Source: Octopus vulgaris (Eukaryota). Taken from it: a stretch of DNA of 64,000 nt. This document shows, piece by piece, positions 1-12,915 of this stretch. Location: contig OX597834.1 in the NCBI GenBank assembly GCA_951406725.2, forward strand, positions 40,114,001 to 40,178,000, in the 5' to 3' direction. The notes below the pieces were generated by a model. The model did no database searches, was not told where the DNA came from, and was given only the letters and a program-made list of their open reading frames with translations. A program made the translations under genes and the position numbers. How positions within the stretch are numbered: the first letter of the stretch is position 1; each line of letters starts with the position of its first letter.

Positions 1-51
1 GAGAACTTCATAGACGCTGACCTATACATACCAAAATATATAGATACACAT

Positions 52-104
<53 letters not shown>

Positions 105-768
105 AAACTGACACACATGCACCCACATGTATTTATACACACATCTTGCATACACATAAGCATATACGTGTATAGAAATGTTAACATTTCCGTCAAAAGG
201 CATTTATTAAAATACTTTCACGCTCGTTATCACACGAATAAACTGATATTAAATCAATATTAGCAAGTCAATAAACCAATATTTAATCAATATACTGTGT
301 CAATATCAGAAGTCGAGGCGGAACACATCAACAAAATAATGTAATTGAAAATCTATGTTACTTTGCAGAATTGACATGAAAATTCCTGGTCAATTTGACG
401 GGAAACAATGGCAAAGTGAAACTAACCAGAATGGCGTGTAGCAATTATAAATATATATAAAAAAGAAAAAAAAATGGTTTTATTAGGAAACTTATTAAAA
501 ACGGAATCAGGCCAAATCTTATGTAATGAAATTAGCCGGTTCCCAACCTGTTGTACATTCTTAAAATCAAACAGGCGTATCATATAATATTACATATATA
601 TATATAGGGTGCAAGCATGGCTGTGTGGTAGGGAGCTTGCTTGCCAAAACACATGGCTCTCAGTCTGGGTTCATTCCCGCTGTGTGGTCCCTTTAGTATA
701 CTTCTGGTATAGCGCCAAGCTGACCAAAGCCTTGTGAGATGATGTAGTGGACAGAAAGTGAAAGAAGC

Positions 769-833
<65 letters not shown>

Positions 834-1020
834 ATCTAAATATACAACCAAAAGATTGCTTTAAAATACATGGCGTATTTTATAGTTACGCCTGTTCAAA
901 TATCATAAAAGTGTGAAACTATTGGTAGCTCTTTCGGTTGTGTATTTAATTTGATATTTATCTCTCATTAAATGAAGAGCTTTTTTTTTTGTTGATTCTA
1001 ACTCCATTGAATCTTTAAAC

Positions 1021-1072
<52 letters not shown>

Positions 1073-1078
1073 CCAGAT

Positions 1079-1600
1079 AGGGAAGCTGAAATCTCAAAGA
1101 GAATAAGGAAAGGATGGAATGCCTTTAACTCAATAAAGGATGCTCTTGAAATGAAGTTGGATAATACCATAGATGCCAAAACTCTTCAACGGCACCATAC
1201 TTCTTGTATTCTTATATTCAAGTGAGATGTGGGCAACAAGGAAGAGGAGAAAACATCAATCCACTGAAACACATGGAAAGACTGGTGTGAGGAATATCAT
1301 GATGAGAGCATGTTTGAGATGAGATAATTGAAGAACGGAATGGAGTGAATGATGTGATCTGAGAATACTGAAAATACAAGTTCCATTGAGTTGAACATGT
1401 CACAAGATTCACAGACAACAGGTGGACCCATGCAGTTGCCAAGAGGTATCAAAGTGATCGGAAAAGGCCCCTTGGAAAGCCTCTACGCTGATGGGAAAAT
1501 GATTTTTAATTAAGTAATTTGCGTTCAAGATGAGAAAGAATAATACAATCAAGACGGAACTGGAAATGCACTGTGGCCAGCGGGATGTAACAGCATCTGA
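1079..1600 (+). mobile_element. RTE-clade LINE relic (3' part of ORF, decayed)
   Basis: Translates with frameshifts and stops to REAEISKRIRKGWNAFNSIKDAL...LFNGTILLVFLYSSEMWATR...EHVTRFTDNRWTHAVAKRYQSDRKRPLGKPLR*W, matching the post-RT pattern of RTE LINEs (EI.RRI..GW.AF / LY..E.W / GHV.R..D.RWT / KR..GRP..RW). Confidence 0.85.
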
Positions 1601-1630
1601 GGGTCTGGTCAATACTATGAGATATAAAAG

Positions 1631-1966
1631 GTAAAGACCCCTTTCAGTCACGAAGGATTGCACATAGGAAGTTCCCCTTTGAGGCACAAGTCTGGGCAAA
1701 GTTGTTTATGGAAGACCAGCAGTCGCCCATGCATATCCAGCTTCCCATCTTCATGCCATCAGCATTATCCAAGGCAAAGGCGAAGGGGCCGATACAGCTT
1801 GGCACCTGTGACATTGCAATTCATTTCTACAGCTGAGTGAACTGGAACAACATGAAATAAAGTGCCTTGCTCAAGAACACGCATACACAGCCTAGTCCAG
1901 GAATCGAACTCACCACCTCATAATTGTGAGCCTGACACTCCAACCACCAAGCCATGCACCTTCACA
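1631..1966 (-). mobile_element. tRNA-headed SINE, family C
   Basis: Minus strand starts GTGAAGGTGCATGGCTTGGTGGTTGGAGTG...GAGTTCGATTCC (A/B-box-like), followed by a TTCTTGAGCAAGGCACTTTATTTCA core. Homologous copies at about 8220-8450(+), 18760-18990(-), 33838-33980(+), 33984-34125(+), 47118-47442(-) and 63580-63905(-). Confidence 0.8.
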
Positions 1967-2182
1967 GAAGTTGCCCACAGGGGGTTACAAATATTCGGAC
2001 ACAGTACCTCACAAATTCCAAGTAGGGCTCTGTACCATTAAGCTAAGCAGTTTCAACCCTGAAAGGATGAAAGGCAAAGAAAACCTCAGTGGAATTTGAA
2101 CTCAGAATATGAAGACAGACGAATTACTAGCTAGCATTTTACCCAGCATGCTAATGATTCTGCCAGCTCACCACCTTATTAA

Positions 2183-2184
2183 TG

Positions 2185-2248
<64 letters not shown>

Positions 2249-2320
2249 TAATAATAATGATAATAATAATGACAATAATAATAATAGCATCAAAAATAAT
2301 ATATGTTGATAATAATAATA
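2183..2320. repeat. (AAT)n microsatellite
   Basis: Direct reading. Similar (TTA)n tracts at 2950-3160, 3625-3680, 53515-53640 and 56990-57058. Confidence 0.95.
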
Positions 2321-2431
2321 AAGTTCTTTAATCACCAGAGTTTGGTTTTTACTTGCAAAAAATATTTTTTCTATAAATATTATTATCATTATCATAATAA
2401 TCATTATCATTACTATTAATATTATCATCAC

Positions 2432-2464
<33 letters not shown>

Positions 2465-3121
2465 GATTCCCATTATTAATGAAACGATATTATAACGATG
2501 GTAATATTTTAAGGGATCAGTTTGTTGAAAAGATAAAAACTAATTATTTTCCCATAAATCTTGTTTCCGACAGCAGTTTGTCGCATTAAACCCAAATCCT
2601 CTACAATTTCTCCATAAAACATCCACCATTATCCATACAATTATCATCATCATCATCATCGTCATCGTAATTATTACCATTATTGTAATTATTATCATTA
2701 ATACCATCATCATCACTCTCAGAGGATGAGGAGAGGGCACATGCCCTAGTGGTCAGGGCAACCATGGTTTTGTGAGGCTTCAGTGAGCTGCCCTTAGAAG
2801 TCTCCCTCTTTTGGAGAATTATTCATTATTGAAATTTCTATTTGCTGTTGCTCTTTTCACACACTCCTCTATGCAAGTAACCCCACCTGTCTCACCCTCA
2901 ACCAATTCCAATGGTTGCTGAAAACCTTTAGGATTTAATAATGAAAGCATTATGATTATTATTATTACTTTTATTATTATTATTATTACTTTTATTATTA
3001 TTATAATTATTATTATTATTATTATTATTATTACTTTTATTATTATTATTACTTTTATTATTATTACTATTATTATTATTATTATTATTATTATTGCTTT
3101 TATTATTATTATTATTATTAC

Positions 3122-3160
<39 letters not shown>

Positions 3161-3164
3161 AGTG

Positions 3165-3624
3165 GTGTGCTAACAGAACTGTTAGCATGCTAGATGAAAT
3201 ACTTAACAGTATTTTATCAGTCGCTACGTTATGAGTTCAAATTGTGCCTAGGCCGACTTTGCCTTTTATCCTTTCAGGGCAGATCAAATAAGTACCAGTT
3301 ACATACTGGGGTTGATGTAATCGACTTAATCCCATCCCCCAAATTTGAGACCTTGTGCTTCCAGTAGAAACCATTATTATTATTATTATTATTATTATCA
3401 TTATTATTATGTCGGTGAGCTGGCAGAATTGTTAGCATGCTGGACAAAATGCTTAGCAGTATTTTGTCATCCATCGCTACATTCTGAGTTCAAATTCCGC
3501 CAAGCTTGACTTTGCCTTTCATTCTTTCGGGGTTGATAAATTAAGTACCAGTTATGCACTGGTGTTGATGTAATCGACTAGTTCTCTCCCCTAAATTTCA
3601 GGCCTTGTGCCTCTAGTAGAAAGG

Positions 3625-3625
<1 letters not shown>
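3165..3625 (+). mobile_element. Two adjacent family B SINE copies separated by (TTA)n
   Basis: Both carry GAGTTCAAATT..GCC..G..GACTTTGCCTTT.AT.CTTTC.GGG..GAT.AA.TAAGTACCAGTT and a CCTTGTGC..C.AGTAGAAA tail. Confidence 0.8.
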
Positions 3626-3659
<34 letters not shown>

Positions 3660-3679
3660 CATTATTATTATTATCATTA

Positions 3680-4250
3680 TCGAGTGAGAGAGCAGTGCAT
3701 GCCATCAAAGTGACACTGGGGTAAAATATACGAAGCCCAGTATACCCATCATAGCTACCCATCTGATAAGGACACACCAGGCATATGCATACATCACAAC
3801 CATATGTGTGTGACATGGTGATTTCAAATCAAGAGAAACAGCACCTGAGCACCTGACCTTGCAGGTGGGGCCAAGTAAGAATTTTCTTCAGGTTGAGTGG
3901 CCCATCTCACTCAAACACTCCCTGAAAAAGTTTAAGGATGATGAATAAAACACCCATGTTTCCAGACGTGAATTATTTAAACCCCAAAGAATTCCTCTCA
4001 ACACATGGTAGCCTTGATGCTCCCGCACTACGTCTGCTCATGATCAGAGATGCACATATTGTCAGCCACCAAGGGACATGCTCAACTGGCTACGGTCAAA
4101 CAAAAGATAAACAAATCTGTGGTAATGAGTAGAATATTTGCTGTAGCCCATCTTTTATACCAAGACAAAACAATGTACATGATAACACTTCCAATCAGTT
4201 CAGATCAGAAGTCATGAGAACCATTACCTGGTACTGCATCAGGGCATTTA
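3680..4250. mobile_element. Unclassified ~570-bp interspersed repeat (family F) inserted in (TTA)n
   Basis: Starts GAGTGAGAGAGCAGTGCATGCCATCAAAGTGACACTGGGGTAAAATAT. Near-identical full copy at 52835-53378 and truncated copy at 12945-13155; all three are flanked by TTA/TCA microsatellite. Confidence 0.85.
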
Positions 4251-4752
4251 TCATCATCATCATCATCATTATCTTCATCATCATTGTTATTATTATTATT
4301 ATTAGTAGTAGTAGTAGTATATGAGTTTAGTAAGCAGTATGTGTTTCTCTTTAATGTACTCAGTGTTTGAAATGTAGAAAAAGTTTCACAATCCTGGAAA
4401 ACGGGGTTTGGAGATTAAGTTAATGTGTTTGGTTTATTTGATCAGAAAGGGACAGATTTAAACCGAAACTCTATTCCTTTATTCCTAGATTAATGGTACA
4501 TAATATATACAATGAATGGAATACACAGAGGGGAAGACTTGAAATCTAACAATACAAAAGCAGTTAATATAGTCCGTCCTTGGTTACGTATGTCTCTTTA
4601 ATTAATAATACAAATAGCTTGAGGGAGAAACATGAAAATAGGGACATTTTATAAACATTATTATTGAATGCATAATTGAAATGGGAGCAAGACAATATAC
4701 AGCAGTAAAGCATGATTTTATCTCTTATATTTGTATGTAATGAATATGTACA

Positions 4753-4754
<2 letters not shown>

Positions 4755-4788
<34 letters not shown>

Positions 4789-4914
4789 GTAAATGCAATA
4801 TGTGATAATTATATATATATATAGACACATACATATATGCTTGTGTGTGTATGTACATATATATATATGTATATGTGAATGCACACAAACATATATATAT
4901 ATATACATACACAC

Positions 4915-4955
<41 letters not shown>

Positions 4956-5164
4956 TACATATATATATACACCATATATATATATATATATATATACACA
5001 CAAACATAAATATATATATAGACACATATATATACATACACACAAACATATATACTCACACATACACACATAGACACAAATATATATACATATGATGTGT
5101 CAACATATCTATATATATATACATATATATACACACACATACAAACACACACACTCACACACAT

Positions 5165-5214
<50 letters not shown>

Positions 5215-5260
5215 ACACACATACACACACACACAAACATTATATGTATATACACATGAT
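4755..5260. repeat. Compound (TA)n/(CA)n microsatellite field
   Basis: Direct reading. Comparable fields at 10780-11350, 16430-16985, 21480-21835, 25795-26240, 31880-32640, 36345-36700, 38395-38725, 39145-39635 and 50450-51165. Confidence 0.95.
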
Positions 5261-5517
5261 GTATCAACATGTCTCCTGTTTATAGGCTCAATAAAATTTT
5301 CTAAACAGAATCAATCAGGATATTTGATCAAAGGTATTTGAGAGTGGTTAATAGTCTCTTTCTTCTAAACATTCCATAAATTATCAAAAAGGAGAAGAAA
5401 AGAAAAAACAAGAGAGAGAGAGAGAGAGAGAACATACTGAAACTTTATAACAAAAGTGCAATAAAAGAGCTACTTTTATTATTTTATTGCCAGTAATATT
5501 ACATTTAAGATACATAC

Positions 5518-5571
<54 letters not shown>

Positions 5572-5782
5572 TTTTATTAATATTAAGTAAAAGCATAAAC
5601 CTCACAGTCCTTGAGTCACTCTGTTTTGCTTCAGCTAAATATTAAATATATATATATATATATGTATTTAATATATATATGTATTAATAAATAATATATA
5701 TATACACACATATATACGTATTTATTTATTAATACATATATATTTATTTATTAATAAATAATATACATTAATAAATATGTAC

Positions 5783-5830
<48 letters not shown>

Positions 5831-5854
5831 GTATATATATATATATATATATAC

Positions 5855-5908
<54 letters not shown>

Positions 5909-5909
5909 A

Positions 5910-6096
5910 TAGGTATAAGCATGGTTGTGTGGTAAGAACTTTGCTTTCTGACCACATGGGTCTGGGTTCAGTCCCACTGCGTGGCACCTTGGGCAAGTGT
6001 CTTCTACTATAGTCTCAGGTGCCTTGTGAGTCGATTTGGTAGATGGAAACTGAAGAAAAACCTGTTGTGTGTGTGAGTGTATGTGTGTGTGTATGC

Positions 6097-6129
<33 letters not shown>

Positions 6130-6375
6130 TGTGTGTGTGTGTGTGCACGTGCATCTTTGCGTCTGTGTTATCACCCCACCACCACTTGACAACCAGTGTT
6201 GGTGTGTTTATGTCCCTGTAACTTAGTGGTTCGGCAAAAGAGACCAATATATATATATGTGCCCAGTCTTAAAAAAAGAAGTACTGAGGTAGATTTATTC
6301 AACCAAAACATTCTTCAAGGCGGTGCCCCAGCATGGCCGCAGTCTAATGTCTGAAACAAGTAACAGATAAAAGAT
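5910..6375 (+). mobile_element. tRNA-headed SINE, family A (full length, internal microsatellite)
   Basis: Head TGG.TGTGTGGTAAG...GGGTTCAGTCCC (A/B boxes), body ...GATTTGGTAGATGGAAACTGAA, internal (GT)n, then GTAACTTAG.GGTTCGGCAAAAGAGACC...GGCGGTGC.CCAGCATGGCCGCAGTC..ATG.CTGAAACAAG. A second copy follows at once (6400-6755); a head-only copy lies at 607-775. Confidence 0.85.
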
Positions 6376-7021
6376 ACAGATAGATAGGATGTAGGTGATG
6401 TAGGTGCAGGCATGGCTGTGTGGTACGAAGTTTGCTTCCCAACCACATGGCTCCAGGTTCAGTCCCACTGTGTGCCACCTTGGGTAAGCCTTGTGAGTGG
6501 ATTTGGTAGATGAAAACTGAAAGAAGCCCATCATGTGTGCGTGTGTGCGTGTATGTATGTGCGCGTCCTATCACTGCTTGTCGACTGGTTTTGGTGTGTT
6601 TGTGTCTCCATAACTTAGCAGTTTGGCAAAAGTGACCAATAGAATAAGTATCAAGCTTTGAGAAATATTAAGTCCTGGGATCACTCCGTTTGACTGATGG
6701 CAGTGCCCCAGCATGGCCACAGTCTAATGACTGAAACAACTAAAAGAATAGAAGAGAAAAAACTTGGTTACATGGCTGCGTGGTTAAGAAGTTTACCTCC
6801 CAACCTCGTAGTTTGGGGTTCAATTCCATTACAAGGCACTTTGAGTATTTTCTTCTATAGAACCCACACTGATCAAAGGGACTTGAGTGCAGCAAAATCC
6901 AAGAGGGAAAAGTAGGGATCCAACTGGAGGGAAGATGAAATTAGGGTTAGCCTAGAGCTGAGAACAGCAGAGAGAAGTTGTCAATGGTCTTTGCGCCAAA
7001 ATTTCAGGCCTTGTGTTTATA

Positions 7022-7336
7022 GTCACTGTGACCACCGTGACCGACCAGGCTATCAGATGTTGCTACACATCGCTGGTCACAATGCGCTTTGCATTGTTTT
7101 AGCATTCAAATGATGCCACCCCACTGGCTAAGCGAGCAGGCCAACAGAAGAAAGAGTGAGAGAAAGTTGTGGCGAAAGAGTACAGCAGGGATCGCCACCA
7201 TCCCCTGCCGGAGCCTCGTGGAGCTTTAGACGTGTTTTCGCTCAATAAACACTCACAGCGCCCGGTCTGGGAATCGAAACCGCAATTCTAAAACCGCGAG
7301 TCCGCTGCCCTAACCACTGGGCCATTGCGCCTCCAC
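7022..7336 (-). mobile_element. tRNA-headed SINE, family D
   Basis: Minus strand GTGGAGGCGCAATGGCCCAGTGGTTAGGGCAGCGGACTCGCGG...GGTTTCGATTCCC. Relatives at 8451-8580(+) and 9990-10257(-). Confidence 0.8.
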
Positions 7337-7940
7337 GTGTTTATAGTAGAAAGGGTTATTATGTAACGCACAAAGTCTCCCTTGTCTGTGTTTGTCTTGC
7401 TACAAAATAAGTTGTTTGCCTGACATTTGGTGCCATGGTGGAGCTACAGTTAATTCCTTATATATAATTTAGCGAAATTCCTATGAAACCGACAGCAAAC
7501 TGGAATATTCTCTGTGGATTAATGTCGATTTATGGAACAACAATAGGAATGGAATAAAATTCTATAGGATGATCAGGAATTTATCTAAGAGATGCGAAAC
7601 TATTTGTGTTCAGTGATTTGGAAGAGCAGATTCTTACAGACATTTCCAAACATCCTGGTGATTCCAACTCATTTATAAATGAATGGCAAGTGAGTGTTTA
7701 CACATGCACAAAGAGATAAACACACACACACACACACACACACACATATCTATACATAAAAGAGGGCATTAAAATGATACAAAGACACACACACACACAG
7801 AGATATATGCAAACACACACACACAGATACATACATATACACAAATTTCCATGGATTCACACTGGTGTAAACTGCAATGACATTATAGATGTACTCAATA
7901 CTGGCTGAGAGCATGGAATAATGTTTCCACCAGGAATTTC

Positions 7941-7976
7941 TCATTCTTCATTCTCAGACCTGAGAATGAAGAATGA
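7941..7976. repeat. Perfect 17-bp inverted repeat with 2-nt spacer
   Basis: TCATTCTTCATTCTCAG-AC-CTGAGAATGAAGAATGA. Confidence 0.95.
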
Positions 7977-8699
7977 CATAATCTGAATAGAGATTCACAC
8001 AACTTTAGATCTAATTAAATGCTCAGATATATATCAGAGCATCAACGTCCATTTGTCCATGCTGGCATGGGTCAGCCAGTTCAACTAGAGCTTGCAAGGT
8101 GGGGAGCTGCACCAGAAGCCAGTCTGATTTGGCATGGTTTCTACAGCTCGATGCCCTTCCCAATGTCAACCACTTTACAGATTGTGTTGGGTGCTTTTAC
8201 ATAGCACCACATGAGTACTGTAGAGGCACGTGGCTTAGTGGTTAGGGTGTCAGCATCATGATCATAAGATTGTGGTTTCGATTCCTGGACTGGGCGACGT
8301 GTTGTGTTCTTGAGCAAAACACTTCATTTCACTTTGCTCCAGTCCACTCAGCTAGCAAAAATGAGTAACATTGTGATGGACTGGCATCCAATCCAGCTGG
8401 GGAACCAGGCCCATGAGCCTGGCTAGGCTTTAAAAAGGGTGCATTTATTTGTGAAGGCGCAATGGCCAAGTGGTTAGGGCAGTGGACTCACGGTCGGAGG
8501 ATTGCAGTTTCGATTCCCAGACCAGGCGATGTGTGTGTTTATTGAGTGAAAACACCTAAGCTCCACGAAGCTCCAGCAGGCTTCTTAACCACACACACAC
8601 TGTACAGAATACATGAATTGAGTTCTCACTTTATTTTTGCTATCAAGGTCCCCAGCTAATTGTTTGGAACAGTGAAGCTCCTAACTCCATCATAAACAT

Positions 8700-9140
8700 T
8701 TATTGAGATTCACAGTCTCATCTTCAGGAAGAAATGATGTTGGAGTATGTTACTATCTCTTTATACATCATCTGTGAAATGTTTGTTTCTGGTGGTGGCA
8801 AGTGTATATCAACTGTATGTCTATTTTGGTATTGTGCAATGAATCATTCATCAATCATTAATCACGTTTTTGTAGAGAATTCAGTAGAGTATATATGTGT
8901 TGTCCACTAAAATGTTTCCTATCTAGTTGAATTTTGAGTTGTGTAATATACTGTGTTGCAATTGGTACTTGTTTTAAGTAAATGATCAGCTTGTAGGGAG
9001 ATAGTCATTCATGTATGGCCAATATAACAGTCTGAGTTGTGAAGTTTACAACTTTTATATTTACAGTTTAATTTTCAAATTTAAAATCACATTGGTCATT
9101 AGTAGTTTGTCCTCAGGTTTTCAAGTTTATAGCTTATCAT
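8700..9140 (-). mobile_element. Penelope-like element relic: decayed GIY-YIG endonuclease plus 3' hammerhead-like motif
   Basis: Minus-strand peptide fragments EDKLLMTNVI...CKLHNSDCYIGHT*M...ILVDNTYILY fit the Penelope GIY-YIG layout (NV.Y...C....YIG.T). Downstream lies CTGAAGA-TGAGA-CTGTGAA-TCTCA (8727-8704), a hammerhead core plus stem II whose GAAA has decayed. Confidence 0.6.
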
Positions 9141-9240
9141 ATCTTAGCACAGCCCCTAACCTCGCTCCTGCTCCTAAGGATCATCAGTGAACCTTGGTTT
9201 AGTTCTAATGATCCAAAAGAAATGACCATTAAATTGTTGC

Positions 9241-9545
9241 TTAATCCTCAAGCATTCAGATTAGCTATCAAATATGATGATTATTTAATCAAATATGGTT
9301 GGAATTAATCATGCATTATCTCATAGCTTTGAGATTTTGATGTGATTTTCTTTTTAGAATGGCTTTGTAAGACAGGTGTGAGAAGCCAGATCTGGTCAAT
9401 TTGATCATAAAACAGGCAGAATATTTTAGCCTGATCTGGTTCACAAGTCCTTACTTAAATCGTCCAACCCATGCCAGCATGGAAAGCAGACGTTAAATGA
9501 TGATGATAATTATGATATGGCTGGTTAAAATGCTAAAGGATTATA
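9241..9545. mobile_element. piggyBac-type MITE (decayed), with a small nested fragment
   Basis: Ends TTAATCCTCAAGCATT ... AATGCTAAAGGATTA; same family as 40761-41027. Confidence 0.55.
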
Positions 9546-9775
9546 GAGTCATTTCAAATGTTTGGTCTCCACTGTATCCTGGTAACTCATTACATGTTGT
9601 TATAGACTGGATTTGGTCCACAGCTTTTCATTCAGCATTTCTCAAAACAAAAGCCTTGCTTCCAAAGGCTCTGCGATCCATCACCAATAAGACATTGGTT
9701 AGCTGAACCCACATTAGATGGCAGCACAAGATATCGATTGGTCAAGCCAAGCCTACAGTGAAAGACATACCAAGT

Positions 9776-9901
9776 ACCAGACAGTGAGGTTGAACATGGA
9801 ACCACATGGCTACAAATTAAACATCTAAACCACGCAGCACCAGACAGTGAGGTTGAACATGGAACCACATGGCTACAAATTAAACATCTAAACCACGCAG
9901 C
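9776..9901. repeat. Exact 63-bp tandem duplication within a decayed family A SINE head (minus strand)
   Basis: ACCAGACAGTGAGGTTGAACATGGAACCACATGGCTACAAATTAAACATCTAAACCACGCAGC occurs twice, starting at 9776 and 9839. Confidence 0.95.
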
Positions 9902-11043
9902 CATGCTTGCATACCTATATAGTGGACTCTCCCATCACAAAAAGAAAACCGGATGAGCAATCCATAGCAATTTATTGCTGAACAATCTGCACAGGTTTCC
10001 CGGTTTCTGTGGCGTGTTGGTTCCCCACCTGGATGCGACGCCAGTCCGTCGCAGGTGAGCTGCAAGATGCAGGAGGAAAGAGTGAGAGAAACCTGTGACA
10101 AAAGAGTCAGCAGAAGTTTGCCATTGCCTTCTGCCGGAACCACGTGGAGCTTAGGTGTTTCGCTCATAAACACACACACCGCTCAGTCTGAGATTCGAAC
10201 CCGCGATCCCTCGACCATGAGTCCGCTGCTCTAACCACTAGGCCATGTGCCTCCACATCAAATGTTTGTGCTGCACATTAACCTCGCTCCTTCCATCGAA
10301 TCAACATTTCCTCCATGGGTGCACAGTGTGCCACATGTCAGATGTTGAAGTGACCACAAAGTAACGTGAAATGAAGTAAACAGATAAAAGATAAAAGCAA
10401 TGATGGTGGTGGTGGTGATGGTGATGATGATGATGATATATAAGACAGTTGATGACGACAACAATTAGAAGACTATAATTAAAAAAGAAAAAAAACTGCT
10501 CAATAGCACAGTGCACTATGTGGCCCAGGGATTGAAACCACAATCTTACAATTGTGAGTGCAACACACTAATCACTGGACCATGTGTGTACGTGTACACA
10601 TACACACATATATATATATACACACACATACACTTTCAGATGTACATGTATGTATGCACATGTATGCAAGTTGTTAGCAACTTAATATGATGTAAACACA
10701 CACATATATACACACACACACACATAAGTACGTATCTATGTTGTATTGTATACATGTGTTACCAACAGACTGCAGTTAATGCAATTTCATATGTACATGT
10801 GTGTGTGTGTGCGCGTGTGTGTGTGCACATGCTAGCAATTTTACACACATATACGCATGCATACACACAGGAGGGCGGGAGAGAAAGTGTCTATGTATGC
10901 CATATGTGTGTGTGTATATGTATGTATATATATATATATATGTATGCTACCAATTTTACACACCTAATAAAATGTATTTCATATTATACACACATACACA
11001 CATATGAAAGAGAGAAAGTGTGTCTATATGCATACAAATATAT

Positions 11044-11076
<33 letters not shown>

Positions 11077-11137
11077 TATATACACACACACACATACATA
11101 ATTATATGTTACAAATTTAACACACCTAATATGCATT

Positions 11138-11168
<31 letters not shown>

Positions 11169-11315
11169 CACGTAACAAATGTAACATACCTAATAAGATG
11201 TATTTCATACACACATACACACGTCTATATATTATATTTATATATATATATATCTGTGAATATATATATATATATATACATACACACACACACACACAGA
11301 GTATTTGTATATAAC

Positions 11316-11353
<38 letters not shown>

Positions 11354-11960
11354 CAATTTAACATAGCTAATAAGATGTATTTTTATCATGGAATCCATGA
11401 AGTAACAGAAATTCTGCAGAATATTATTACACCACCATAGTAGAGGATGGAACCGTTCCAAGTTCTAAGCAATGGAAGAGTCCAATTATAGTAACACTAA
11501 AATACAGAAGTATCAATAAAGCCATTTTATTGATCTTTTCGCACAAAGCTCATTTTTTTTTACTTTCGCTATCTTTTTGTTAATTTTTTTTTTTGGGTTG
11601 TTTTTTTTGTGTGTGTATGTTTTTCTCTCTATGCATGTCGCATAAAATAATGAAAACAGAAGTAGCAGACCAAATAACGTTGGTAGCAAACAGACCGTGG
11701 AAGCAGCTAAGATGTAGGGTACCTATTTACAGCCAGGTGGACAGAGCTAGAGAAAGTTTTGTTTATGAGATCTTGTGTCTGTGACTGCCTTAGTATTACA
11801 ACGGTTCAAGTTGTCGAAACAGGGCTGCGTGGTTAAGAAGCTTGCTTTGTAACCATGTAGTCTAGTAGTTTTGAGTTCAATTCCAGTGTGTGGTACCTTG
11901 GGCAAGTGTCTTCTATTATAACCCCAGGCCAACCAAAGACTTGAAGGAATTTGGTAAACA

Positions 11961-12378
11961 AGGCGAGCTGGCAGAAACGTTAGCACGCCGGGCGAAATGC
12001 TTAGCGGTGTTTCGTCTGTTGCTACGTTCTGAGTTCAAATTCCGCCAAGGTCGACTTTGCCTTTCATCCTTTCGGGGTCGATAAATTAAGTACCAGTTAC
12101 GCACTGGTGTCGATGTAATCAACTTAATTTGTTTGTCTGTCCTTGTTTGTCCCCTCTGTGTTTAGCCCCTTGTGGGTAGTAAAGAAATAAGTATTTCATC
12201 GGCCGCTACGTTCTGAGTTCAAATTCCGCCGAGGTCAACTTTGCCTTTCATCCTTTCGGGGTTGATTAAATAGGTACCAGTTACGCACTGGAGTTGATAT
12301 AATCGACTTAATCCCTTTGTCTGTCCTTGTTTGTCCTCTCTGTGTTTAGCCCCTTGTGGCTAGTAAAGAAATAGGTAT
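11961..12378 (+). mobile_element. tRNA-headed SINE, family B (Nin/Deu-like central domain), with tandemly duplicated 3' module
   Basis: GGCGAGCTGGCAGAAACGTTAGC...GAGTTCAAATTCCGCC.AGGTCGACTTTGCCTTTCATCCTTTCGGGGTCGATAAATTAAGTACCAG resembles the Nin/Deu SINE domain. The module from TATTTC..GCTACGTTCTGAG to AAAGAAATAG is present twice. Nested inside a family A SINE. Confidence 0.85.
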
Positions 12379-12421
12379 TTGGTAAACAGAGACTGTGTGG
12401 AAGCCACACACACATACATAT

Positions 12422-12514
<93 letters not shown>

Positions 12515-12739
12515 TAGACCGATAGACAGATAGACCGATAGATGAGTGTGTGTGTGTTTTAGTCCAAAATGGAGATGAACACCTATTTCTCTGTGATCAG
12601 GTTGAAAAATTGTTAAGATATTTTAACATGAAACCAATGGTAGCCTTAATACACAAATAAATAATCTTTATCCACAAATGCCATGTTGAGCACCCTTTCT
12701 CAATGTTTAACATTACACGTATAAGTGTATGCTGGACTG

Positions 12740-12915
12740 AACTCTACACATTTTTTCATTCTCTCTCTGTTTATCTCCACTGTCTATTTCCTGTTGAAGA
12801 GCACAGGCTCAAAACATAAAACACTTATTCATCTTTCCCAAGCATCAAACTAATATATTTTCATATTGTTCATACACCTGTCTTCATCTTTCGTTTTTCT
12901 ATAAATTTCATCTAT
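12740..12915 (+). mobile_element. Short Penelope-like terminal-repeat-type element with degenerate minimal hammerhead motif
   Basis: Homologous to 60361-60540(-); CTGTTGA-A-GAGC-ACAG-GCTC-AAAAC at 12791-12815. Confidence 0.55.

Noticed and set aside
11961-12045. tRNA genes at SINE heads
   Set aside because: A/B boxes are present but I could not fold a full cloverleaf, and each head runs into a SINE body.
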